Source: Gemmatimonadota bacterium (GTDB taxonomy: Bacteria; Gemmatimonadota; Gemmatimonadetes; Palauibacterales; Palauibacteraceae). Taken from it: a DNA stretch of 64,000 nt. A program made the position numbers and the translations under genes. Below the pieces are notes generated by a model, which did no database searches, had not been told where the DNA came from, and was given only the letters and a program-made list of their open reading frames with translations. The DNA lies in the NCBI GenBank assembly GCA_039588275.1, contig JBDHAC010000003.1:1-64000 (forward strand). The letters run 5' to 3'. Positions 37,847 through 47,301 of this stretch are shown one piece after another (position 1 is the first letter of the stretch; the number at the start of each line of letters is the position of its first letter).

Positions 37847-39223
37847 ATGGAAATACACGAAGGCATCTTCCGGGAATACGACATTCGCGGGATCGTGGGC
37901 GATGATCTGACGACGGAGGTCGCCGAGGCGGTCGCGCTCGCGTTCGGTAGCGATCTGGCGGACCGTGACGCCCCCCGAGTGGTGGTCGGACACGACAACC
38001 GGCCCAGCTCTCCGGAGCTGGGGGAGGCGGTGTGTCGCGGGTTGAACCGGGCAGGTGCCGATGCGATCCACGTCGGGACCGTCCCGACGCCGGCCCTGTA
38101 CTTCGCCGGCATCGAGCTGGCCGCCGACGCCGGGATCCAGATCACGGGCTCGCACAACCCTCCCGAGTACAACGGCATCAAGATGGTACGCGACAATCGT
38201 CCCATCTACGGCGAGCAGATCCAGGCGCTGCACCAGCGGATCGAGGCGAGCGACTACGCGAGCGGGAGCGGGGACACCGAGCGCCTCGATATCCTGGACC
38301 GATACGTGGAAGAGATCGTCGCACGCGGGAGCGTCGAGCCCGAGATCCGTATGGTCCTGGACTGCGGGAACGGGGCCGGTAGCGTCGTGGCGACACGGGC
38401 GCTCCGCGCGGCGGGCGTTGACGTGGACCCCCTGTACTGCGAGTCGGATGGCACGTTTCCGAATCACCACCCGGACCCCACCGTAGATGAGAACATCGTC
38501 GACCTCATAGCGCGCGTTCGATCGACGGAGGCGGCGTTCGGCGTCGGGCTGGACGGCGACGCGGACAGAATCGGCGCCGTCACCGAGGAGGGGAGTATCG
38601 TACGCGGTGACCACCTCCTGCTTCTGTTCGCGCGGGAGGTGCTGCAGGACCACCCCGGGTCCGAGGTGATCTTCGATGTGAAATGCTCGCAGGCGCTCCC
38701 CGAGGTGATCGAAAGGGATGGCGGCATCCCGGTCATGTGGAAGACCGGCCACTCCCTGATCAAAGAGCGGATGCGCGCAACAAATGCTCCCATAGCAGGC
38801 GAGATGAGCGGGCATATATGCTTTGGTGACAGGTACTTTGGTACGGACGATGCGATCTATGCTGCAGCTCGTCTGGCCGGCCTGCTGGCGCGCAGCGGCC
38901 GCCCGTTCTCAGAACTGGCGGGAGAGATCCCGTCCTATCCATCCACGCCCGAACTGCGACTGGACTGTTCAGAGGACCGGAAGTTCGACGTCGTCGCCGA
39001 CGCCGTGCGACACTATAAGAGCACACACGAAGTGATCGACATCGACGGGGTCCGCGTGCTGTTCGACGGGGGTTGGGCCCTGATTCGCGCGAGCAACACA
39101 CAGCCCGTGATCGTCGCCCGGATCGAGGCGGACTCCGATGAGCGACTACGGGAGATCGGGGCCGAGATCGGGGCCTACCTTGCCGAGCAGGGTGTGATAC
39201 TGCCGCCGCTCGAACCGAGCTGA
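37847..39223 (+). CDS. Phosphomannomutase/phosphoglucomutase (AlgC-like)
   Basis: Motifs FREYDIRG, TGSHNP..YNG.K, DGDADR, GEMSGH and RASNTQP. Confidence 0.95.
   Translation: MEIHEGIFREYDIRGIVGDDLTTEVAEAVALAFGSDLADRDAPRVVVGHDNRPSSPELGEAVCRGLNRAGADAIHVGTVPTPALYFAGIELAADAGIQITGSHNPPEYNGIKMVRDNRPIYGEQIQALHQRIEASDYASGSGDTERLDILDRYVEEIVARGSVEPEIRMVLDCGNGAGSVVATRALRAAGVDVDPLYCESDGTFPNHHPDPTVDENIVDLIARVRSTEAAFGVGLDGDADRIGAVTEEGSIVRGDHLLLLFAREVLQDHPGSEVIFDVKCSQALPEVIERDGGIPVMWKTGHSLIKERMRATNAPIAGEMSGHICFGDRYFGTDDAIYAAARLAGLLARSGRPFSELAGEIPSYPSTPELRLDCSEDRKFDVVADAVRHYKSTHEVIDIDGVRVLFDGGWALIRASNTQPVIVARIEADSDERLREIGAEIGAYLAEQGVILPPLEPS
38838..38853 (+). promoter_or_regulatory. Candidate intragenic sigma54 -24/-12 element TTGGTACG-GACG-ATGC
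   Basis: GG-N10-GC spacing inside a patch of A/T-ending codons. Confidence 0.3.
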
Positions 39224-39235
39224 CTGGAGCCGCCG

Positions 39236-40183
39236 ATGACGCCCTCGCAACGCCCGACTGCCGTCGTAGCGGTTGGCGGCAACGCTCTCTCGCCGGCAGG
39301 CGAATCCGACACGATCACCAATCAGTTTCGGCACACGCGCGAGAGCCTGGAGCCGATCGTGGAGTTCGTATGCCGCGGCTGGAACGTGGCCGTCGTGCAC
39401 GGGAATGGGCCACAGGTGGGCGATGCGCTGCTCCGAAACGAGAGCGCCCGCGATCGGGTGTCGGAGCTCCCCCTGGGCGTGCTGGTCGCTTCGACGGCCG
39501 GGTGGATCGGATACATGGTGCAGCAGTCCCTCCAGAACGCGCTCGAGGCCGCCGGAGCGGACCGGCGAGTCGTCACGGTGATCACCCAGGTGCTGGTCGA
39601 TACGAAGGATCCGGAGGGCCGGAAGCCACGCAAGTTTATCGGACGCGAGGTGAGTCCCGAGATGGCCGAAGCACTGCGCGAAGAAGGTGTGCGGGTGGAC
39701 CTGGACGACAGGGGACGGTTGCGCCGGCGCGTCGCCAGCCCGCAGCCCCTGCGGATCGTGGAGTCGCCGATGATCTCCGAGCTCGTCGAACAGGGGCACG
39801 TGGTCATCGCCGCCGGGGGAGGCGGCACCCCCGTGTACCGCGAGCCTCGCGGGTTCGAGGGGCTGGATGTCGTGATCGACAAGGATCTGGCCGCCTACAT
39901 CCTGGCGCACGAGATTCGCGCGTCGCTGCTCCTCATCCTGACCGACGTGGACGGCGTCTACACGGGTTACGGGACCCCCCGGGCAGAGCGCCTCCAGCGA
40001 CTCCGGCTCGCAGAAGCCAGGGAGCTGCTGGAAGGCGATGAGCTCGGGGCCGGATCGATGCGGCCGAAGGTGACGGCGGGGGTCCGATTCGTGGAACAGG
40101 GAGGAGAACGAGCCATCATCGCGGCGTTGGAAGACGCGCCGCAGGCGATTCAGGGCACGGCCGGAACGTGGATCGTCCCCTAG
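39236..40183 (+). CDS. arcC: Carbamate kinase
   Basis: Motifs A.GGNAL, HGNGPQVG, KFIG, RR.V.SP.P, GGGG.PV, VIDKD and GSM.PKV. Confidence 0.95.
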   Translation: MTPSQRPTAVVAVGGNALSPAGESDTITNQFRHTRESLEPIVEFVCRGWNVAVVHGNGPQVGDALLRNESARDRVSELPLGVLVASTAGWIGYMVQQSLQNALEAAGADRRVVTVITQVLVDTKDPEGRKPRKFIGREVSPEMAEALREEGVRVDLDDRGRLRRRVASPQPLRIVESPMISELVEQGHVVIAAGGGGTPVYREPRGFEGLDVVIDKDLAAYILAHEIRASLLLILTDVDGVYTGYGTPRAERLQRLRLAEARELLEGDELGAGSMRPKVTAGVRFVEQGGERAIIAALEDAPQAIQGTAGTWIVP

Positions 40184-40280
40184 GGGCAGGCCGTGGAGAA
40201 ACTCCAGCGCGGTCGACCTGCCGCGAGGCCGCCCGACCACTCGAGTCCCGGAGAGGGTCGACAGACACGACGGTGAACGC

Positions 40281-41417
40281 ATGAACATACACGAATATCA
40301 AGCCAGGGAGATCTTCCGGAATCACGGGCTCCCGGTTCCACCCGGCGAGGTGGCGAGAAGCGCGGATGAGGCGGCCGAGATCGCGGAGCGTCTCGGGGGA
40401 GGCGTCGTTGTCAAAGCGCAGGTCCACGCAGGAGGGCGGGGCAAGGCCGGCGGTGTGAAGCTCGCAGCGAGCGCGGCGGAAGCCCGCGAGGTCGCCGACC
40501 GCATCCTGGGTATGGAGATCAAAGGGATAGAGGTCCGCGCGGTGCTCGTTGCCCCCGTCGAGGACATCGCCTCCGAGGCGTACGTCGGGATCGTGATGGA
40601 CCGGGGACGTCAGGCGGATGTCGTGATGGTTTCGGCGGAAGGTGGCGTGGACATCGAAGAGGTCGCCGCCACGATGCCCGAGGCGATTCACACCGCGACG
40701 GTGGACCCCCGCTACGGCCTCCTCCCGCACCAGTCGGTGCGGCTCGGCTACGACCTGTACGTCGATCCGGCGCTCGCACGGCAGGCCTCGCAGGTCATCG
40801 GTCGGCTGTACGCGGCCTATCGGGCCTCCGGAGCCACGCTCGCCGAGATCAACCCACTGATCGTCAACTCGTCGGGCGAGGTGAAGGCCATCGATGCCAA
40901 GATGAACATCGACGACAACGCGCTCTTTCGGCTACCGGACGTCGCCGAGCTGCGCGATGTAGACGCCGAGGATCCTGCCGAGCGTCGCGCGCGCGCGGCA
41001 GGCTTGAGCTACGTCAAGCTGGATGGCAACGTCGGTTGTTGCGTGAACGGGGCCGGCCTCGCGATGGCGACCATGGACCTCGTGAAGTACTACGGGGGGG
41101 ACCCGGCCAACTTCCTCGACATCGGAGGGTCGTCGAACCCCGAGAAGGTCGTGACGGCGCTGGAGCTGATCACGGAGGATCCGAGCGTCCACTCCATCCT
41201 GTTCAACATCTTCGGCGGGATCACCCGTTGCGACGACGTGGCGAACGGGATCGTCGAGGCTACGAAGCGGATGGACCTCGACGTGCCACTGACGATCCGA
41301 CTCACCGGCACGAACGAGGACGAGGCCGTCGAGATCTTGGAGGTGAACGGTTTCGAGGCGATGGTGGACATGGACCGGGCCGTCCAAACGGCCGTCGAGC
41401 GCGCCGGCGTGGCCTGA
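40281..41417 (+). CDS. sucC: Succinyl-CoA synthetase beta subunit
   Basis: Motifs MNIHEYQA, KAQV.AGGRGKAGG, EINPL, NGAGLAMATMD and ANFLD.GG. Confidence 0.98.
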   Translation: MNIHEYQAREIFRNHGLPVPPGEVARSADEAAEIAERLGGGVVVKAQVHAGGRGKAGGVKLAASAAEAREVADRILGMEIKGIEVRAVLVAPVEDIASEAYVGIVMDRGRQADVVMVSAEGGVDIEEVAATMPEAIHTATVDPRYGLLPHQSVRLGYDLYVDPALARQASQVIGRLYAAYRASGATLAEINPLIVNSSGEVKAIDAKMNIDDNALFRLPDVAELRDVDAEDPAERRARAAGLSYVKLDGNVGCCVNGAGLAMATMDLVKYYGGDPANFLDIGGSSNPEKVVTALELITEDPSVHSILFNIFGGITRCDDVANGIVEATKRMDLDVPLTIRLTGTNEDEAVEILEVNGFEAMVDMDRAVQTAVERAGVA

Positions 41418-41475
41418 CCGCCCACCGGTCGCGCTCGAGTTGGGCCGGAAGGAAAGACACGGGGACTGACCAGCC

Positions 41476-42345
41476 ATGAGCATATTCATCGGAGAAGACA
41501 CCCGGCTCGTCGTACAGGGCATCACGGGCCGTGACGGGTCGTTTCACACACGTCAGATGATGGACTACGGTACGCGCGTCGTGGCCGGTGTGACGCCGGG
41601 CAAGGGCGGACAGCGCTTCGAGGAGAGCGTGCCGGTGTACAACACGGTGGCCGAGGCCGTGCAGGGGACCGGAGCGAACGCGAGCGTAATCTACGTGCCG
41701 GCCCGGTTCGCCGCGGACGCGATCTTCGAAGCGGCGGACGCGGGCATCTCGCTGATTGTGTGCATCACCGAAGGCGTCCCGGTCGCGGACATGATGCGCG
41801 CGCTTCCGTACGTTCGGGAGAAGGGGGCGCGTCTGATCGGACCCAATTGTCCGGGCCTCATCGTGCCCGGTGTAGCGAAGGTCGGGATCCTACCCGGGCA
41901 GATCGTTCGGGAGGGACCGATAGGGATCGTGAGTCGATCGGGAACACTCACATACGAGGTAATCTTCCAACTCACGCGGCAGGAGCTGGGCCAGTCGACC
42001 TGCATCGGGATCGGTGGAGACCCGCTGATCGGAACCGATTTCGTCGATTGCCTGACCGCGTTCGAGGAGGATGAGAAGACCACCGCGGCAGTCCTGATCG
42101 GCGAGATCGGCGGCACCGATGAGCAGGTGGCGGCCGAGTACGTGTCCCAGCACATGACCAAGCCCGTGGTCGGCTTCATAGCCGGGCAGACCGCGCCACC
42201 CGGACGGCGCATGGGACACGCGGGCGCCATCATCTCGGGCTCGGAGGGAACGGCGGACGAGAAGATGCGAGCGTTTCGAGAGCACGGAATCGACGTCGCC
42301 GAGCGACCAGCCGACATCGTAGGGCTGCTTCGCGAGCGACTATAG
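41476..42345 (+). CDS. sucD: Succinyl-CoA synthetase alpha subunit
   Basis: Motifs [20 protein letters not shown] and GRRMGHAGA. Confidence 0.98.
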   Translation: MSIFIGEDTRLVVQGITGRDGSFHTRQMMDYGTRVVAGVTPGKGGQRFEESVPVYNTVAEAVQGTGANASVIYVPARFAADAIFEAADAGISLIVCITEGVPVADMMRALPYVREKGARLIGPNCPGLIVPGVAKVGILPGQIVREGPIGIVSRSGTLTYEVIFQLTRQELGQSTCIGIGGDPLIGTDFVDCLTAFEEDEKTTAAVLIGEIGGTDEQVAAEYVSQHMTKPVVGFIAGQTAPPGRRMGHAGAIISGSEGTADEKMRAFREHGIDVAERPADIVGLLRERL

Positions 42346-42360
42346 TCAAGGACGGCGCGA

Positions 42361-42849
42361 ATGTCGGAGGAATCCGAGGGCTACATTAGCGTACACGACG
42401 TCATGACGACGCCGGTCATCACCGCTACGCCCGAGACGCCGCTGCTACGCGTCGCCGAGACGATGATGGAGCGACACGTACGGGCTGTCCCCGTGATCGA
42501 TGAGAGCGGTCATGTCCTCGGGATCGTTACGGACCGGAGCGTGATGAGCCAGTTCCTTCCGCGGCTGGAGACCGATGAGCGGACGGTCGGCGAGCTCGAC
42601 CTCGCCGGACCCCAGGGCGTCGCGGTGCGCGACGTCATGGACCGAAGCGTGATGTGCGTGAACGACGACCAGCCTCTAGCCGACGTCGCGACCCTGATGC
42701 TGGACAAGGAGATGGAACGGCTCCCGGTCGTGGCGGAAGGCCTGTTGGTAGGCTTCCTCACCCGCGGGGACATCATTCGAAGACTACTCGCTCGACTGAC
42801 TGGGGATGCGGTCGAGCGAACCGCTGCGGAAGAGGACGAGGGCGAATGA
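42361..42849 (+). CDS. Stand-alone CBS-pair protein
   Basis: Two CBS repeats: V.DVMT...PV.D...G..T.R and V.DVM...LPVV...G..T.GD. Confidence 0.9.
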   Translation: MSEESEGYISVHDVMTTPVITATPETPLLRVAETMMERHVRAVPVIDESGHVLGIVTDRSVMSQFLPRLETDERTVGELDLAGPQGVAVRDVMDRSVMCVNDDQPLADVATLMLDKEMERLPVVAEGLLVGFLTRGDIIRRLLARLTGDAVERTAAEEDEGE

Positions 42850-43277
42850 CACCTGACACCCGGGACTTGACCCTGGCCATCATCAAGCCGGACGCGTTCT
42901 CGGCGCGCAAGGCTGGTCGGATCTTGCACGAGTTGGAGGCCGCCGGGTTCGAGATCCGCGCGCTCCGCGTGCTCAGGCTCGAGCGGCCGGTGGCCGAGGC
43001 ATTCTACGAAGTCCACCGAGAACGACCCTTCTTCAGCTCGCTCGTCGAGTTCATGACCTCGGGCCCCTGCGTGGCGATGGCGCTGTGTCGCGAGCGGGCC
43101 GTGCCACACCTGCGCGAGGTGATCGGGGCGACCGATCCTGCGGAGGCGGCCCCGGGTACGGTCCGGGCGCTGTACGCGGAGAGTAAGGAGAGGAATGCGA
43201 TCCACGCGTCCGACTCGCCCGAGAACGCGCGCCGAGAGCTCTCGTTCTTCTTCAGCGAGTTGGAGCTGACCGGGTAG
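42846..43277 (+). CDS. ndk: Nucleoside-diphosphate kinase
   Basis: Motifs TLAIIKPDA, H.ERPFF, SGP, GAT.P and NAIH.SD. Confidence 0.97.
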   Translation: MTPDTRDLTLAIIKPDAFSARKAGRILHELEAAGFEIRALRVLRLERPVAEAFYEVHRERPFFSSLVEFMTSGPCVAMALCRERAVPHLREVIGATDPAEAAPGTVRALYAESKERNAIHASDSPENARRELSFFFSELELTG

Positions 43278-43281
43278 CGAA

Positions 43282-43842
43282 ATGCTCGAGGGTCCGGCGA
43301 GCCTGCACCTCTCGCTTTCGGAGTTGCGAAGCGGCCCCGTCGATTGGAAGCGGACCCTGGAGTCTCCGCACGTCGCGATGCCCGGGCTGCCGAAACAGCT
43401 ACAGGGTCCGCTCACGGTGCGGGTGCGGGCCACCCTCGGCGAGGATGGGGGCATACGCGTGACCGGAGAAGTCAGCGGCAGCGCGGTTCTCGAGTGCCGG
43501 CGTTGCCTGACCCCAGTTCGCTGCGAGATCGAGTCGACCCTCGAGGCGTGGTTCCGCCGCGACGACCTGGCCGGGCCGGAAGAGAGAGGCGTGTGGGCCT
43601 TCGATCCGGACGCGTCGGAGATCGACCTGCGCGAGGCCCTACGCGAGGAACTGTGGCTCGCCGTTCCCGAGTTCGCGCTGTGCAGATCCGATTGCCCGGG
43701 GTTATGCGCGCGGTGCGGTGCACAGCTGGAATCCGAGGAGTGCCGCTGTCCGCCGCAGGCCCCGGACCCGAGATGGGGCGCGTTGGAGGCGGCACGCGGC
43801 TCGCTCGCGAGCCGGGCAGGGAAGGCACCCGACTCGGACTGA
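43282..43842 (+). CDS. yceD: DUF177/YceD family protein
   Basis: Motifs CRRCL, C..DC.GLC..CG and DPRW..L; upstream of rpmF. Confidence 0.9.
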   Translation: MLEGPASLHLSLSELRSGPVDWKRTLESPHVAMPGLPKQLQGPLTVRVRATLGEDGGIRVTGEVSGSAVLECRRCLTPVRCEIESTLEAWFRRDDLAGPEERGVWAFDPDASEIDLREALREELWLAVPEFALCRSDCPGLCARCGAQLESEECRCPPQAPDPRWGALEAARGSLASRAGKAPDSD

Positions 43843-43986
43843 AGCGGCCCGTTAGGTCCGATCCCCTTGACACGAGGCGGGTTTCTTCGCCAGTTACCCG
43901 GCTCAAATCCGCGCCCCGAGCGCCGCGTCCCGGGCGCCGCCGCGGTATATTGAATAATCGGAAGTTGAGAGCAGGAGAGTCCCCAT

Positions 43987-44169
43987 ATGGCGGTCCCGAA
44001 GCGACGGACTTCGAAACAGCGGAAGCGGAAGCGTCGGACGCACGACAAGGCCGAGGCGACGGCCAATCAGGCGTGCCCGCGTTGCGGTGATCCCCGCCGC
44101 CCGCACCGCGTGTGCCCGAATTGCGGCTACTACCGTGATCGCGAGGTCATCCGAATCGACGAGTTCTGA
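43987..44169 (+). CDS. rpmF: 50S ribosomal protein L32
   Basis: MAVPKRRTSK; zinc ribbon CxxC...HRVCxxCG.Y. Confidence 0.97.
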   Translation: MAVPKRRTSKQRKRKRRTHDKAEATANQACPRCGDPRRPHRVCPNCGYYRDREVIRIDEF

Positions 44170-44235
44170 GCCGCCCGCGTTCGGTGGCAGCCTGCTGACG
44201 CGCGTAACCCTCTGCTGCCGTAGCCGGCGACTGTC

Positions 44236-45222
44236 GTGATACGGGTCGCACTCGACGTCCTGGGAGGTGACTCGGCTCCCGAGGCCCCGATCGCGGGGGC
44301 CCGGGCGGCGGTCGAGGCGTGGCCGGATGAGGTCGAGTTCCTCCTCGTGGGTCCCCCCGATCTGGTCCAGGAGGTCCTGGGCGACGCCCCCCCCGCCGGG
44401 TTGCTGCACGTACTGCCCGCGACGGAGCGCATCGAGCCGCACGACCCACCTGCCCTCGCCGTGCGTCGTAAGCCTGACAGCTCCATTGTCGTCGGGTTGG
44501 AGGCGCTTCGGTCCGGCGAGGCCGACGCGTTCATCTCCGCGGGCTCCACAGGTGCGGTAATGGCCGCTTCGGTGCTCAAGCTGGGAGTGCTCCCGGGCGT
44601 CGACCGCCCACCGGTCAGTGCGCTGTTCCCGACGGCCTCGGGACGGGTGCTCGTGCTGGATGTAGGTGCCAACTTGAACTGCCGGTCCAGCCACCTTCAT
44701 CAGTTCGCACACCTCGGCACGATCTACATGCGCGATCTGCTCGGGATCGAAAGACCCCGGGTCGGCCTCCTGAACGTGGGAGAGGAGGCGCAGAAGGGTG
44801 GCGACCTCGCGCTCGCTGCGCACCGGCTCTTCTCGGAAGACTCCACGCTTCACTTCGTGGGTAACGTGGAGGGACACCAGATCATCGAAGGTCCTTGCGA
44901 CGTCTTGGTGTGCGACGGCTTTGTCGGAAACGTGCTTCTCAAGTTCTACGAATCGATGGCAGGGTTCATCCTCGGGATCGTCAAACGCGGGGCCCCGACC
45001 GGCGAGACGGAGCTCGAGGGACTCCTCCGATTCCTCGACTACACGGAGTATGGGGGCGCACCCCTGCTGGGGGTGGAAGGCGTGTCGATCCTGTGTCACG
45101 GCTCATCCCCCGCGCGTGCGATCAAGAACGCGGTACGAGCCGCGATCGATTCCGTTCGAGCGGGTATGGTCGGCGACATGCGACGCGATCTGGAGCGGAT
45201 GGCGGGTGGAGGCACCGCATGA
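44236..45222 (+). CDS. plsX: Phosphate acyltransferase
   Basis: Motifs A.D..GGD.AP, SAG.TGA, LD.GAN, LNVGEE, DGF.GN..LK and HGSS. Confidence 0.96.
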   Translation: MIRVALDVLGGDSAPEAPIAGARAAVEAWPDEVEFLLVGPPDLVQEVLGDAPPAGLLHVLPATERIEPHDPPALAVRRKPDSSIVVGLEALRSGEADAFISAGSTGAVMAASVLKLGVLPGVDRPPVSALFPTASGRVLVLDVGANLNCRSSHLHQFAHLGTIYMRDLLGIERPRVGLLNVGEEAQKGGDLALAAHRLFSEDSTLHFVGNVEGHQIIEGPCDVLVCDGFVGNVLLKFYESMAGFILGIVKRGAPTGETELEGLLRFLDYTEYGGAPLLGVEGVSILCHGSSPARAIKNAVRAAIDSVRAGMVGDMRRDLERMAGGGTA

Positions 45223-46145
45223 CACGAATCGCGCTTCTTCTGCCCGGGCAGGGTTCTCAGTTCGTCGGGATGGGGAGTGATCTGGTGCAGGCCTTTCCTG
45301 CCGCACGCGAGCTGTACGAGGAGGCGGATGACATCCTCGAGACTCGTCTCAGCACGCTCTGCTGGCAGGGTCCGGGCGAACAGCTCACGGCCACGGAGAA
45401 CGCTCAACCCGCCATCCTCCTCCACAGTTATGCCGTGTGGGTGCTCGCTCGGGAGATGTTGGCGGATTCGGTGGTCGTGGCCGCCGGTCACTCCCTGGGG
45501 GAGTTCTCAGCTCACCTCCTGGCGGGGACGTTCACCTTCGCCGACGCGCTGCGACTCGTACGCCGGCGCGGCGAGCTGATGGCGCGGGCCGGTGCGGAAC
45601 GACCGGGCACGATGGCGGCAGTGCTTGGATTGACCCTCGAGGAGATCGAGAAGGTCTGCGAATCCGCGTCGGTCGGGACGGTGGTACCCGCCAACATCAA
45701 TGCCCCCGGGCAGATCGTGATCAGTGGCGAGGTCGATGCGGTATCGGCTGCCTGCGATCTCGCGACGGAGGCGGGAGCTCGTCGGGTCATGCCCCTCAAC
45801 GTGAGCGGAGCGTTCCACTCACCGTTGATGGATGTAGCCGCGGTCGGACTTGAGGAGGGGCTCGCCGCCGTCGATGCCAGAGATCCGCGGTTCCCCGTGA
45901 TCGCCAACGCGACGGCGGAGGCGGTGCGCGACGGGGGCGCGGTGCGGACGACGCTACGGGCGCAGCTCACGTCACCGGTCCGTTGGGTCGAGGGCGTCGC
46001 GCGCATGCGCGAGGAGGAGCCGACTCGCTGGCTCGAGCTCGGACCGGGGAACGTGCTGGCGGGGCTGTTGCGCCGGATTGACCGATCGCTGGCGGCCACC
46101 TCGGTGGGCGATGCGGAGACGTTGGATGCCCTGGCCGCCGGTTAA
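45219..46145 (+). CDS. fabD: Malonyl-CoA:ACP transacylase
   Basis: Motifs PGQGSQ, QPA, GHSLGE, SGAFHS and PVRW. Confidence 0.97.
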   Translation: MTRIALLLPGQGSQFVGMGSDLVQAFPAARELYEEADDILETRLSTLCWQGPGEQLTATENAQPAILLHSYAVWVLAREMLADSVVVAAGHSLGEFSAHLLAGTFTFADALRLVRRRGELMARAGAERPGTMAAVLGLTLEEIEKVCESASVGTVVPANINAPGQIVISGEVDAVSAACDLATEAGARRVMPLNVSGAFHSPLMDVAAVGLEEGLAAVDARDPRFPVIANATAEAVRDGGAVRTTLRAQLTSPVRWVEGVARMREEEPTRWLELGPGNVLAGLLRRIDRSLAATSVGDAETLDALAAG

Positions 46146-46193
46146 CCAGGCCCTGCGCGCGTTAACCTTCGTTGACAGAGCAGAGGAGGATTC

Positions 46194-46931
46194 ATGGGTG
46201 AGCTGATGGGCAAGGTCGCGATCGTGACGGGCGGCGCTCGCGGCATCGGTCTTGTCATATGCCGCGAGTTGGCGGAAGCGGGGGCGAGCGTGGCTCTCGT
46301 CGACCTCGACGCCACGCTTGCCGGCGCGGCCGCAGCGGAATTGGGTGACGGCGGGCATGGCGGGTTCGAGTGCGACGTCGCGCGGCCGGAGGTGTGCGCC
46401 CAGCTCATCGCTCGGGTCGAGAACGAGATGGGACCCCCCGCGATCCTGGTGAACAACGCCGGGATCACGCGCGACAACCTCCTCGTCCGGATGAAGGACG
46501 AGGAATGGTCCAGGGTGATCGAGACGAACCTGTTCGGGGCGTTCTGTATGATACGGAGCGTGGCTCGCGGTATGATGAAACGGCGCGATGGCCGTATCGT
46601 GAATATCGCCAGCATCGTGGCCTTGACGGGAAACCGCGGCCAGTCCAACTATGCGGCGTCCAAAGCGGGACTGATCGCGCTCACGAAGTCCGTCGCGCAG
46701 GAATTGGCGAGCCGGGGTGTGCTCGCGAACGCCGTTGCACCCGGGTTCATCGAGACGGACATGACCGCGTCGTTGCCCGCGGATGTACGGGAATCGATGC
46801 TTGCGAGCGTTCCGGTCGGCAGGATCGGGACCCCGGAGGATGTCGCCCGGGTAGTCCGCTTCCTGGTTGGACCCGCCGCCTCGTATATGACGGGTCAGGT
46901 CGTGGTAGTGGATGGCGGTATGGTGATGTGA
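46194..46931 (+). CDS. fabG: 3-oxoacyl-ACP reductase
   Basis: Motifs TGG.RGIG, NNAGITRD, NYAASK and PGFI.TDMT. Confidence 0.97.
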   Translation: MGELMGKVAIVTGGARGIGLVICRELAEAGASVALVDLDATLAGAAAAELGDGGHGGFECDVARPEVCAQLIARVENEMGPPAILVNNAGITRDNLLVRMKDEEWSRVIETNLFGAFCMIRSVARGMMKRRDGRIVNIASIVALTGNRGQSNYAASKAGLIALTKSVAQELASRGVLANAVAPGFIETDMTASLPADVRESMLASVPVGRIGTPEDVARVVRFLVGPAASYMTGQVVVVDGGMVM

Positions 46932-47032
46932 AGAGGAAAGTGGGATTCGGCGTGCGGACGCCGGGTCCCTCGGTGACGTAGGATCGCGGGATCGTAGAGA
47001 CCCCGGAATCCCGAATCGGGAAGGGAGCAGGC

Positions 47033-47266
47033 ATGTCCGAGACTGCAGCACGCGTGAGAGAGATCATCTCCCAGGAATTGGGTGTCGAGCAGGAAAAGGT
47101 GACCGATGATGCCTCGTTCGTCGAGGATCTTGGCGCCGATTCGCTCGACACGGTCGAACTCGTAATGGCGTTCGAGGAAGAGTTCGGGATCGAGATCCCG
47201 GACGAGGATGCCGAACAGATGCAGACCGTGGGACAGGCCATCGGTTACCTTGCGCAGAAGCAGTAA
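47033..47266 (+). CDS. acpP: Acyl carrier protein
   Basis: [14 protein letters not shown] motif. Confidence 0.98.
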   Translation: MSETAARVREIISQELGVEQEKVTDDASFVEDLGADSLDTVELVMAFEEEFGIEIPDEDAEQMQTVGQAIGYLAQKQ

Positions 47267-47301
47267 CCGGATCTCGCACGGCTGAATCCGACGTTTCTTC
47301 C

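Noticed and set aside
43867..43951. Promoter for rpmF (TTGACA at 43867; TATATT near 43946)
   Set aside because: The two hexamers are far apart and neither has a properly spaced partner, so no call was made.
46932..47032. Stem-loops upstream of acpP as a regulatory RNA
   Set aside because: Only short 5-7 bp GC-rich helices, compatible with chance; no recognised motif.
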